From assembly GCA_963801475.1 (NCBI GenBank), contig CAWDEX010000001.1, forward strand, positions 2,567,019 to 2,631,018: a stretch of 64,000 nucleotides of DNA. Direction: 5' to 3'. Under the pieces are notes generated by a model that was not told where the DNA came from, searched no databases, and worked only from the letters and a program-made list of their open reading frames with translations. Position 1 is the first letter of the stretch. Each line of letters begins with the position of its first letter. This DNA comes from an uncultured Acidobacteriota bacterium (GTDB lineage: Bacteria; Acidobacteriota; Thermoanaerobaculia; UBA5066). The position numbers were made by a program, and so were the translations under genes. Of this stretch, positions 10,799 to 18,610 are shown piece after piece.

Positions 10799-12085
10799 TC
10801 AGTTCAGGCCCCAGCGGCGAAGGCGGTAGTAGAGCGTCCGGACCGAGATGCCGAGGAGCCGCGCCGCCTCTTCGCGGTTTCCTCCGCACCGGCGGAGGGC
10901 CTCGAGGAGCGCTTCGCGGCCCCGGGTCTCCTCGTCGAGCGAAGGAGCGGAGGCTCCCGCCGCAGACGGGGCGAGCCGCAGGTCCTCGGGGCGGATCGGC
11001 TGACCGGCCCGGATCACGACGGCGCTCTCGAGGACGTTCCGGAGCTCGCGGACGTTGCCCGGCCACGGATGCCCCTCGAGCGCCGCGAGGGCCGCGGCCG
11101 TCAGTTCGGGCGGCGACACGCGGTGCCGGACGGCGAGCCGCGCGACGAAGTGGCGGGCGAGGCGTTCCACGTCTCCCGTCCGCTCGCGGAGCGGCGGCAG
11201 GATGACCGGCACGACCGCGAGCCGGAAGTAAAGGTCCCGTCGGAAAGCACCCGACTCGGCCTCCCGCACGAGGTCCCGGTTCGTCGCCGCGACGATCCGG
11301 ACGTCCACCGGGAGGTCGCGCTCGCTTCCGACGCGGCGGACGATCCTCTCCTCGAGCGCCCGGAGGAGCTTGGACTGGAGCGCCGCCGGCAGCTCGCCCA
11401 CCTCGTCGAGGAAGAGGGTGCCGCCCGACGCCTCCTCGAACCGACCCGCGCGCGCCCGGTCGGCTCCCGTGAAGGCTCCCTTCTCGTGCCCGAACAGCTC
11501 GCTGTCGGCCAGGGTCTCGGGAAAGGCCGCTGCGTTGACGGCCACGAACGGGCCGGCGGCGCGCCTCGAGCGGGTATGCACGCGTCGGGCGATCACCTCC
11601 TTCCCCGTTCCCGACTCTCCGAGGACGAGGACCGGAACGTCCGCCGCGGCCACCCGGTCGACGAGCTCCAGCAGCTCCTTCATCCGGGCGTCCCCCGTCA
11701 CCAGCTCCACCTCGCCCGCCTCCGGGGCCAAAAGGCGCCCCGCGAGCGCGAGGAGTGCCCGAGGCGACTCGAGCGGCTTCGTCAGGTAGTCCGCCGCGCC
11801 GAGCCGCACGGCCTCCACGGCGTCGGGGATCGTTCCGAAGGCCGTCAGAAGGACGAACGGAGGGAGGGCCGGAACCTCGGCGCGGCCTTTCCGCAGGAGC
11901 GCGAGACCGTCCAGCTTCGGCATCCGCTGGTCGGCGAGAACGAGGTGGAACGCCTCCCGGCGGAGGAACAGGAGCGCCTCCTCGCCGTCGCGCGCCTCGG
12001 TGACGGCGTGGCCCTCCCCCTCGAGGATGTCCCGGAGGAGCGCGCGGAAGGACGGATCGTCGTCGGCGACGAGGACCCTCGCCAT
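10799..12085 (-). CDS. Sigma54-dependent response regulator (NtrC family: receiver + AAA+ + Fis-type HTH)
   Basis: MARVLVADDDPSFRALLRDILEGEGH...LADQRMPKLDG (receiver). GESGTGKEVIARRVH (Walker A). ELFGHEKGAFTGA (GAFTGA). LFLDEVGELP (Walker B). C-terminal NREEAARLLGISVRTLYYRLRR. Confidence 0.9.
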   Translation of the reverse strand: MARVLVADDDPSFRALLRDILEGEGHAVTEARDGEEALLFLRREAFHLVLADQRMPKLDGLALLRKGRAEVPALPPFVLLTAFGTIPDAVEAVRLGAADYLTKPLESPRALLALAGRLLAPEAGEVELVTGDARMKELLELVDRVAAADVPVLVLGESGTGKEVIARRVHTRSRRAAGPFVAVNAAAFPETLADSELFGHEKGAFTGADRARAGRFEEASGGTLFLDEVGELPAALQSKLLRALEERIVRRVGSERDLPVDVRIVAATNRDLVREAESGAFRRDLYFRLAVVPVILPPLRERTGDVERLARHFVARLAVRHRVSPPELTAAALAALEGHPWPGNVRELRNVLESAVVIRAGQPIRPEDLRLAPSAAGASAPSLDEETRGREALLEALRRCGGNREEAARLLGISVRTLYYRLRRWGLN

Positions 12086-12086
12086 C

Positions 12087-13292
12087 TCAGCCCCCGCCTG
12101 CCGGGAGAGCGAGTCGCGCCACGCATCCGCCCCCTTCCCGCGCCGCGAGCGTCACGTCACCGCCGGCGGCGCGAGCGAGCGCGCGGACGATCGGAAGGCC
12201 CAGGCCGGTTCCACCCGGCCGCGTCGTGACATACGGGTCGAAAGCCTCTTCCGGGTCGACCGAGAGACCGGGGCCGCGGTCGAGCACCTCGGCAAGGCTT
12301 CTCTCTCCGACCCGGCGGACGGCGAGGCGCACCTCCCCGGAGGGGTCGAGAGAGCGCGCGTTTGCGACCAGCTCCTCGAGAATCTCCCTCGCGTGCCCGG
12401 CGTCGCCCACGGCCATGACCGGCGCCGCGCCCTCGAGCGGAAGCCCTCCCGCCTCCGCGGCGACCTCGCCCGCGAGGGCGGCGAGGTCGAACGGACCCGG
12501 GACCGGCTCGGGTGGCCGGGCGAACCGGAGCAGCTGCGCGACCATGCCGTCGATCCGGTCGCTCGCCTCCACGATCCGCGCGGCCCGCGCCCCCATGGGC
12601 GAGGCCGGCTCGTCGGCCATGAGCTGCGCCGTTCCCTTGATCGCGGCGAGAGGGTTCCGGATCCGGTGCGCCAGTCCGGCGCCAGCCAGCGCGAGGGCGT
12701 CCAGCCGTTGTCTCTCGATCTCGAGAAGCTCGGTCCGCCGCCGCTCGGCAAGGCCGCGCGCGGCAAAAAGAGCGAAGCCGACAAGGCCGGCCCCGGCCAC
12801 GACGGAGCCGAGGACGAGAGCGTTCGCGAGCCTCGTCTCACGCCCGAACGCGGGCGCCGGATAGAGCCGGACGACGAGACGCGACGGCCCCATCCCGCCG
12901 CGCCCCATCGCGGGACCGCGTCCCGGTCCCATGCCGATCGCGTCCCGCCAGTCGCGCCCCAGCATCCCGGGCATCTCGAACGGGACGCCGTCGGTCGCGC
13001 CCGCCGAAGCGAAAACACCCGCCGGACCGGCCACGGCCGCACCCACGAGACGATCGCGCTGCTCGGACACGAACTCGGCGAGAATCGCCGCCGCCCCCGC
13101 GGGCCCGCTGTCCCTCAGGCGCAACTCGAGCTCGTGCCCCGCGCGGCCGAGGACCCCGTCGCGTACGGCCGCGTCTCGCTCTCGCAGCGTCCGCGCCGCC
13201 ACGAGCGCCACCCCGACCAGGCCCAGGGCGAGCATCGCGGCAGCCACCACGGGAGCGGCGAGGAAAGGGGTCCGATGTCGGGGGGAGCTCAC
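12087..13292 (-). CDS. Sensor histidine kinase (two TM segments, HisKA + HATPase_c)
   Basis: The GTG at 13292 overlaps the upstream stop (GTGA). H-box LAGAGLAHRIRNPLAAIKG. G-boxes DRGPGL and GGTGLGLPIV. The periplasmic loop contains IGMGPGRGPAMGRGGMGP. The N-terminal 225 aa of the track ORF are off-frame read-through. Confidence 0.8.
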   Translation of the reverse strand: MSSPRHRTPFLAAPVVAAAMLALGLVGVALVAARTLRERDAAVRDGVLGRAGHELELRLRDSGPAGAAAILAEFVSEQRDRLVGAAVAGPAGVFASAGATDGVPFEMPGMLGRDWRDAIGMGPGRGPAMGRGGMGPSRLVVRLYPAPAFGRETRLANALVLGSVVAGAGLVGFALFAARGLAERRRTELLEIERQRLDALALAGAGLAHRIRNPLAAIKGTAQLMADEPASPMGARAARIVEASDRIDGMVAQLLRFARPPEPVPGPFDLAALAGEVAAEAGGLPLEGAAPVMAVGDAGHAREILEELVANARSLDPSGEVRLAVRRVGERSLAEVLDRGPGLSVDPEEAFDPYVTTRPGGTGLGLPIVRALARAAGGDVTLAAREGGGCVARLALPAGGG

Positions 13293-14086
13293 GGCGTGGA
13301 GCCTACGGTCTTTCCCACTCCCCGGCCCTCGATTCTGCCGAGAAGCCGGAGGAGCCCGTCGAGAATCGTCAGCGGATGCGGCGGGCAGCCGGGGATGAAG
13401 AGGTCGACGGGGACGGTCGAGGCGGCGCCGCCGTGCTGCTCCGGCCGGTCGAGGTAAGGCCCCCCCGAGATGGCGCAGGCGCCGACGGCGATGACGATCT
13501 TCGGGTCGGGGACGGCGTCGTACGTCTTCTTGAGAGCCAGTCGCATGTTCTCCGTGACGGGGCCGGTGATCAGAAGGCCGTCCGCGTGCCGCGGCGAGGC
13601 CACGATCTGGATGCCGAACCGGCCGATGTCCCAGACGACCGTGGAGAGGACGTTGACGTCGGCCTCGCAGGCGTTGCACCCCCCCGCGCTGACCTGGCGG
13701 AGCTTCAGCGACCGCCCGAAGAGCCTGCGGAGCTTCCCGTCGAGGGCCGCGGCCCGCTCGATCTCTCGCCCCTTCGTGACGAGAGCCTCGCGGCTCCCCG
13801 TGGCGAGCCGGTAGTCGCCCGTGAAGGCAACCGCCTTCTCGGGACAGGCCCTCTCGCACTCGGGACAGAAGAGGCACTTCCCGAGGTCGACGGAGACCCC
13901 GCCGCTTCCGACCGCGATCGCCTGCGTCGGACACGCGTCCGCGCAGTCGCGACATTCCGCGGGACACCGGACCGCGTCGATCGAGGGAAGGCCCCGGAAG
14001 CGATCCGGAAGCGCCGGCGGAGGCCCGTCGGGGAACGGGCTCGTCCGGTGCCCCTGTGCAAGCCTTGCCCTGAGGGCCTTCAGCAC
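13289..14086 (-). CDS. Fusion of a 2x[4Fe-4S] ferredoxin domain (HycF/NuoI-like) and a NuoB/HycG-like small subunit
   Basis: CPAECRDCADACP and CLFCPECERACP are two ferredoxin motifs. Next come GGCNACEADV, GACAISGGPY and PGCPPHP, the proximal-cluster Cys pattern of group-4 hydrogenase small subunits. Confidence 0.8.
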   Translation of the reverse strand: MLKALRARLAQGHRTSPFPDGPPPALPDRFRGLPSIDAVRCPAECRDCADACPTQAIAVGSGGVSVDLGKCLFCPECERACPEKAVAFTGDYRLATGSREALVTKGREIERAAALDGKLRRLFGRSLKLRQVSAGGCNACEADVNVLSTVVWDIGRFGIQIVASPRHADGLLITGPVTENMRLALKKTYDAVPDPKIVIAVGACAISGGPYLDRPEQHGGAASTVPVDLFIPGCPPHPLTILDGLLRLLGRIEGRGVGKTVGSTP

Positions 14087-14096
14087 GCGCGCTCCA

Positions 14097-15617
14097 TCAC
14101 AGGTCGTGCCCGCAATACGAGAGGTTGAAGCTCTTGTTGCAGAGCGGGAAGTCGGAGATCTCCCCGCCCCGGAGGGCGAGCGCCAGCCCGAACCAGTTGT
14201 GGAACGAGGGATCGGTGATCTTGTACCTCTCGAAGCACCCGTCGGCGCCGGTCACGGCCACGTGGCAGATCTCGCCCCGCCATCCTTCGACGAGGGAGAC
14301 CGCCAGGCTTTCCCTGGCGAGCGGGCCTGTCGGCGTCCGGATCGGCGTATCCGGAAGCGCCGCCAGCCGCTCGCCGACGAACTGAATCGACTGCTGCATC
14401 TCGAGCCATCTCACGACGGCCCGGGAGTTCACGTCGCCGTAGTGGGCGGTCATGACCGGGATGTGGGCGTACTGGTAGATGCCGTTCGGGTGATCGTGCC
14501 TCACGTCGCGCACGAGGCCCGTCGCCCGGGCCGCCGGGCCCACGAGTCCGATCTCCTCGGCCGTCGCGCGGGAGACCGTTCCCGTGTTCTCGAAGCGGGC
14601 CACGACCGTCGGGGTCGCCCAGAGAAGCTCCACGGCTCCCCGGACATCCCGATCCGCCGCGGCGAGGCGCGAGGCCAGATCGGAGAGGGCGGCGTCGTCC
14701 ACGTCGAAGCCGACGCCGCCGGGGCGGATCAGGCCGCGCCCGAAGCGGCTGCCAGAGAGCGCCGCGGTCATGTTGAGAAAGTCGCCGCGGATCCGCCCGC
14801 AGTAGGAGGCTGTCGGCAGATAGCCGACGTCGCCCGCGAGCGCGCCGAGGTCGCCCGTATGGTTGGCGAGGCGCTCCAGCTCCAGCGCCACGCCCCGGAG
14901 GGCCTGCGCGCGGGCCGGCGGCGCCGTTCCCGAGAGCGCCTCGAGCGTCTGGACGTAAGCGATCGCGTGGCCGGCCGTCGTGTCGCCCGCCACCGTCTCC
15001 ACCTGGTGGATCGTCGACCGGTGCGGCCCACCCTTCAGCGCCTCCTCGACCCCCCGATGCTGGTAGCCGAGGGAGATCTCGAGGTGGAAGACGCGCTCGC
15101 CGTGGCACTGGAAACGGAAGTGCCCCGGCTCGATGACGCCGGCGTGGACGGGGCCGACGGCGACTTCGTGGACCTCGTCCCCTTCCACGCGGAAGAAGGG
15201 CGTCACGCCCGGGACCGCCTCTTCGCCCGGAGCGCGCCCGAAGGCGTCCCGCCCCGGTCGCCAGGAACTCCGGAACCTCACCGGTTTCAGCCAGGGATGG
15301 CCCTGCGGCTTCACGCCGAGCTGTTCCGCCATCTCCCGCTCGAAGAGGTGTGCCTGCGGGCAGAGGGGCGTGAGCGCCGGATAGTCGTCCCCGGAGAGCC
15401 GCGTCCTCGCCACGTGGAGCCACCCCTTCCGGTCGTCCGCGAGAACCGCGAACATCCGGAGGTGGTCCGCGCCGGACGGTGCGTCGGCGAAGAGCGAGAC
15501 GAGCCTCCGGCCGGCGGAGACTTCCGACAGGACCGTTCCGCGGAAGTCGTCGAATTGACTCTCGGGGATCTCCCCGAGCGGAACCGCGGTCGCGTTTCGA
15601 AGCGGAAGGAAGCTCAA
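14097..15617 (-). CDS. NuoC+NuoD / HycE-HyfG-like large subunit lacking the canonical Ni-Fe cysteine ligands (Ehr-type)
   Basis: GPVHAGVIEPGHFRFQCHGERVFHLEISLGYQHRGVEE is typical of HycE/NuoD. The L1 position reads ETVAGDTTAGH instead of CGxC...H. The C-terminus reads FPLCNKSFNLSYCGHDL instead of DPCxxCxDR. The TTG start at 15617 (TTGA overlap) is tentative. Confidence 0.8.
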   Translation of the reverse strand: MSFLPLRNATAVPLGEIPESQFDDFRGTVLSEVSAGRRLVSLFADAPSGADHLRMFAVLADDRKGWLHVARTRLSGDDYPALTPLCPQAHLFEREMAEQLGVKPQGHPWLKPVRFRSSWRPGRDAFGRAPGEEAVPGVTPFFRVEGDEVHEVAVGPVHAGVIEPGHFRFQCHGERVFHLEISLGYQHRGVEEALKGGPHRSTIHQVETVAGDTTAGHAIAYVQTLEALSGTAPPARAQALRGVALELERLANHTGDLGALAGDVGYLPTASYCGRIRGDFLNMTAALSGSRFGRGLIRPGGVGFDVDDAALSDLASRLAAADRDVRGAVELLWATPTVVARFENTGTVSRATAEEIGLVGPAARATGLVRDVRHDHPNGIYQYAHIPVMTAHYGDVNSRAVVRWLEMQQSIQFVGERLAALPDTPIRTPTGPLARESLAVSLVEGWRGEICHVAVTGADGCFERYKITDPSFHNWFGLALALRGGEISDFPLCNKSFNLSYCGHDL

Positions 15618-17047
15618 GGCCCGCCCTCCAGGCCGCCCGCCGCCCCCGCGATCAGCTTCCGGAGCGGCTCCGGAACCCAGAGGCCGAGGAGAAGGACGAG
15701 AGCCATCGAGAGGAGGATCGGGCCGGTCTTCCGGATGTTGTCCTGGTACGGCGATTCGAGAGCTTCCCGCGAGGGGCGCCCCTGAACGACGGAGAGGACC
15801 GTCGCCCCCATCCCGAGGAAGACCACCGCGAGGAGTCCGACGTAGAGGGCGGCGACGACGAACCGACCCGACGCGACGGCCGCGTTCAGGATCGCGAAGA
15901 GGCTCACGAACGGGCCGAAGGGCGGGGACCCCGTGATGGCGAGGAATCCCGCGAGGAACAGGCCGCCGGAGAGCGGCAGCCTCACCAGGGCCCCCGACAC
16001 GTCGTCGAGGCTCTTGCTCCGGAAGGCGCGGTGGACGTTCCCTGCCGCGAGGAAGAGAACGGTCTTCGTCAGGCCGTTGTTGATCGCGTGCAGGATGGCC
16101 CCGGCGAGCCCCGCCCCCCCGATCCCGACGCCCAGGACGAGGATTCCCATGTGCTCGACGCTCGAGTAGGCGAGCATCCGCTTGAAGTCGCGCTGGCGGA
16201 CCATCAGGACGGCGGCGACGGCCATGGAGAGGAGCCCGAGGGCGACGAGCAGGCCGCGCGCGAAGGCCCCTTCGCCCGCCGCGCCCACGATCCCGTAGAC
16301 GCGGAGGAGCGCCAGGAAGGCGCAGCTCGTCAGCCCTCCGGCGAGGAGGGCGCCGACGAGACCGGGCGCCTCGCCATAGACGTCCGGTTTCCAGGTGTGA
16401 AGCGGCGCCAGGCCCATCTTGGTGCCGTACCCGACGAGCAGGAGGACGAAGCCCGCCCGGAGCCAGGGCCTCGAGAAGCCGCCGGCGTTCTCGCGAAGCG
16501 TCGCGAAGAGGAGCGACGGCTCGCCGCCGCCGAGGTACGCCGAGTAGCCGAGAAAGAGCGAACCGAGAAGGGCCAGCGCGATCCCGACCGACGCGATCAT
16601 CAGGTACTTCCACGTCGCCTCGATCGAGCGCGCGTTCCTGTTGAAGTAGACGAGCGGCGCCGTCGCCAGCGTCGTCGCCTCCACGGCGACCCACATCAGG
16701 CCGAGGTGCTGGGAGAGGACGAGGAGCGTGGCCGCGGACAGGAAGACGAGCAGGCAGGCGCAGAGGACGCGGTTCGGCCGGTCCAGCCTCAGGCGGAGAT
16801 AGCCGGGCGCGTAGAGCGCGCAGATCGCGAAGAGGACGCTGACGAGGCCGAGCGTCACGCCGCCGAGGGCGTCGAGCTGGAGCCACGTCCCGCGCACGAC
16901 CGGCCCGAGCCCGGCGAGGGCGGCGCTGGTGAGGGCGAGATGCGCCAGGGCGGCCGCCGGAAGGACGAGGGGCCGGGTGCGGTCCGAAGGGACGAGGAAG
17001 GCGAGGACCGCCGCCGCGAGCGGGACGAGGATCAGCGCGAGGGCCAC
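15614..17047 (-). CDS. NuoN/NuoM/HyfF-like antiporter-type membrane subunit
   Basis: 477 aa and highly hydrophobic. It shows the pattern WKYLMIASVGIALALLGS...GYGTKMGLAPLHTWKPDVYGEAP...AYSSVEHMGILVLG, characteristic of Mrp/NuoN-type proton-pumping subunits. Confidence 0.8.
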   Translation of the reverse strand: MALALILVPLAAAVLAFLVPSDRTRPLVLPAAALAHLALTSAALAGLGPVVRGTWLQLDALGGVTLGLVSVLFAICALYAPGYLRLRLDRPNRVLCACLLVFLSAATLLVLSQHLGLMWVAVEATTLATAPLVYFNRNARSIEATWKYLMIASVGIALALLGSLFLGYSAYLGGGEPSLLFATLRENAGGFSRPWLRAGFVLLLVGYGTKMGLAPLHTWKPDVYGEAPGLVGALLAGGLTSCAFLALLRVYGIVGAAGEGAFARGLLVALGLLSMAVAAVLMVRQRDFKRMLAYSSVEHMGILVLGVGIGGAGLAGAILHAINNGLTKTVLFLAAGNVHRAFRSKSLDDVSGALVRLPLSGGLFLAGFLAITGSPPFGPFVSLFAILNAAVASGRFVVAALYVGLLAVVFLGMGATVLSVVQGRPSREALESPYQDNIRKTGPILLSMALVLLLGLWVPEPLRKLIAGAAGGLEGGP

Positions 17048-17050
17048 GGG

Positions 17051-17689
17051 CTATTCCTTCAGGTCCGCCAGGCGCTCGGTGTCGAGCGACGAGAACTCGC
17101 GCCGGATGTGGTTGAGGACGATCCCCATGATGAAGATCGCTACGAGGAGGTCGAGAAGGACTCCCACCTCGACGAGGAACGGCATCGCCTCGATCAGGAC
17201 GAGCCCGAAGACGAAGACGCCGTTCTCGAGGATCAGATAGCCCACCACCTGGACGATCGCCTTCCGCCGCGTCGTCAGGAGGAGGAAGCCCGAGAAGAGT
17301 GTCGCCAGCGAGGCCGGGACGATGAGCGTCCCGACGTGCTCCGGCGCGAGAGGCAGACGGCCCGCGAAGAGGAGCGCCAGGGCCGTGACGATCGCGCCCA
17401 GAAAGAGCGACGGGACGAAGCCGACATACGGCTCGATCTCATGGGCGACGTGGACGTCGCGCATGGCTTTCCGGAGGAGACCGGGAATCAGGACCCCCTT
17501 CAGCGCCGCGGCGCCGGCGGCCATCGCCAGTACGTTCCACCCCGGCTGGCGGTGGACGAGAAGCGGCAGGACCGAGAGGATGGCACCCTGCAGCGCCGCC
17601 GCCCGGATGCAGACGCGCATCCCGCTCGCCCCCAGCGCGAGGAAGTTCATCAGGATGACGAGAACGAGCAGGAGGTCGGCGGGGTGCAT
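17051..17689 (-). CDS. HyfE-like small membrane subunit (NuoK-related C-terminus)
   Basis: ATG at 17689 (MHPADLLLVLVILMNFLALG). 212 aa with about 6-7 TM helices. GYLILENGVFVFGLVLIEAMP is HyfE-like. The upstream part of the 386-aa track ORF is off-frame. Confidence 0.7.
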   Translation of the reverse strand: MHPADLLLVLVILMNFLALGASGMRVCIRAAALQGAILSVLPLLVHRQPGWNVLAMAAGAAALKGVLIPGLLRKAMRDVHVAHEIEPYVGFVPSLFLGAIVTALALLFAGRLPLAPEHVGTLIVPASLATLFSGFLLLTTRRKAIVQVVGYLILENGVFVFGLVLIEAMPFLVEVGVLLDLLVAIFIMGIVLNHIRREFSSLDTERLADLKE

Positions 17690-18606
17690 CAAGGCGCAGA
17701 CCCCGCCAGAAGGAGCATCCCGAGCCCCGAGAGGAGGCACGCGGTGACGAGAAGCTGCGGCACGGCCACGAGCCGGAGCCGTGCCATGACCGACTCGACG
17801 ACCCCGATGAGGATCGCCAGAATGAGCATTCCGGCGAGGAAGACGAGACCGGAGAGCCATGGATCCGCTGCGCCGAACGGAATGGCGACCCGCATCAGGA
17901 GCGCCCCGAGGACGAAGAGCTTGATCGCCGACCCGTAGAGGATGAGTCCGAGGGAGGGACCGGAATGGTCGAGGACCATCACCTCGTGGATCATCGTCAG
18001 CTCGAGGTGCGTGTTCGGGTCGTCGAACGGGATCCGGCTGTTCTCGGCCAGAAGAACGATGAACCACCCCGCCACGACGAGGACGAGCGAGGCCCCGGAC
18101 GTGAGCCAGCCGAGGGACCACGGGTGGGCCAGCATCGAGGAGAGGGAGAACGACCCGGAGATCCGCGCGATGGCCAGGAGGCCGAAGAAGAGAGCTGGCT
18201 CGGCGAGGCACGAGAAGCTCACCTCCCGCGCGGCCCCCATCCCCTCGAACGCCGAGCCGGTGTCGAGCGCGGCCGCGGCCGTGAAGAAGCGCGAAAGTGC
18301 GAAGAGGTAGGCGAAGAGGATCAGGTCGCCGGTGAACGAGACGGGGGCACGCGGGCTCCCGATGGGGACGAGGAGGGAGGCCGCGAGGGGCGCCACGACG
18401 GCGAGGACCGGGCCCGCGAGAAATATCCCCGTGGTCGTCGGGCTCAGGACCGACCCCTTCCGGAAGAGCCGGGCGAGGTCGTGATACGGCTGGAGGAGGG
18501 ACGGTCCGGAACGCCCCGCGAAGGCTGCCTTCGTCCTGCCGATCACCCCGAGGAGGAACGGCGGCGCGAGGAGGACGACGAGAAGGTGGAGCGCGACGTT
18601 CAGCAT
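17689..18606 (-). CDS. NuoH/HycD/HyfC-like membrane subunit
   Basis: MLNVALHLLVVLLAPPFLLGVIGRTKAAFAGRSGPSLLQPYHDLARLFRKG and AENSRIPFDDPNTHLELTMIHEVMVLDHSG match the NuoH/HycD quinone-module signature (the E..R.PFD motif). Confidence 0.85.
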   Translation of the reverse strand: MLNVALHLLVVLLAPPFLLGVIGRTKAAFAGRSGPSLLQPYHDLARLFRKGSVLSPTTTGIFLAGPVLAVVAPLAASLLVPIGSPRAPVSFTGDLILFAYLFALSRFFTAAAALDTGSAFEGMGAAREVSFSCLAEPALFFGLLAIARISGSFSLSSMLAHPWSLGWLTSGASLVLVVAGWFIVLLAENSRIPFDDPNTHLELTMIHEVMVLDHSGPSLGLILYGSAIKLFVLGALLMRVAIPFGAADPWLSGLVFLAGMLILAILIGVVESVMARLRLVAVPQLLVTACLLSGLGMLLLAGSAP

Positions 18607-18610
18607 CGGC

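Noticed and set aside
15479-17938. Very long alternative-frame or antisense ORFs. Examples: 15479..17938 +, 41354..43255 +, 46941..48692 +, 49513..52263 +, 26081..27607 +, 27309..29096 -, 18640..20088 -, 50246..52177 -.
   Set aside because: All have Arg/Gly/Pro/Asp-dominated low-complexity translations. All overlap genes with unambiguous family motifs on the other strand or in another frame. They are a GC-skewed codon artefact, not overlapping genes.
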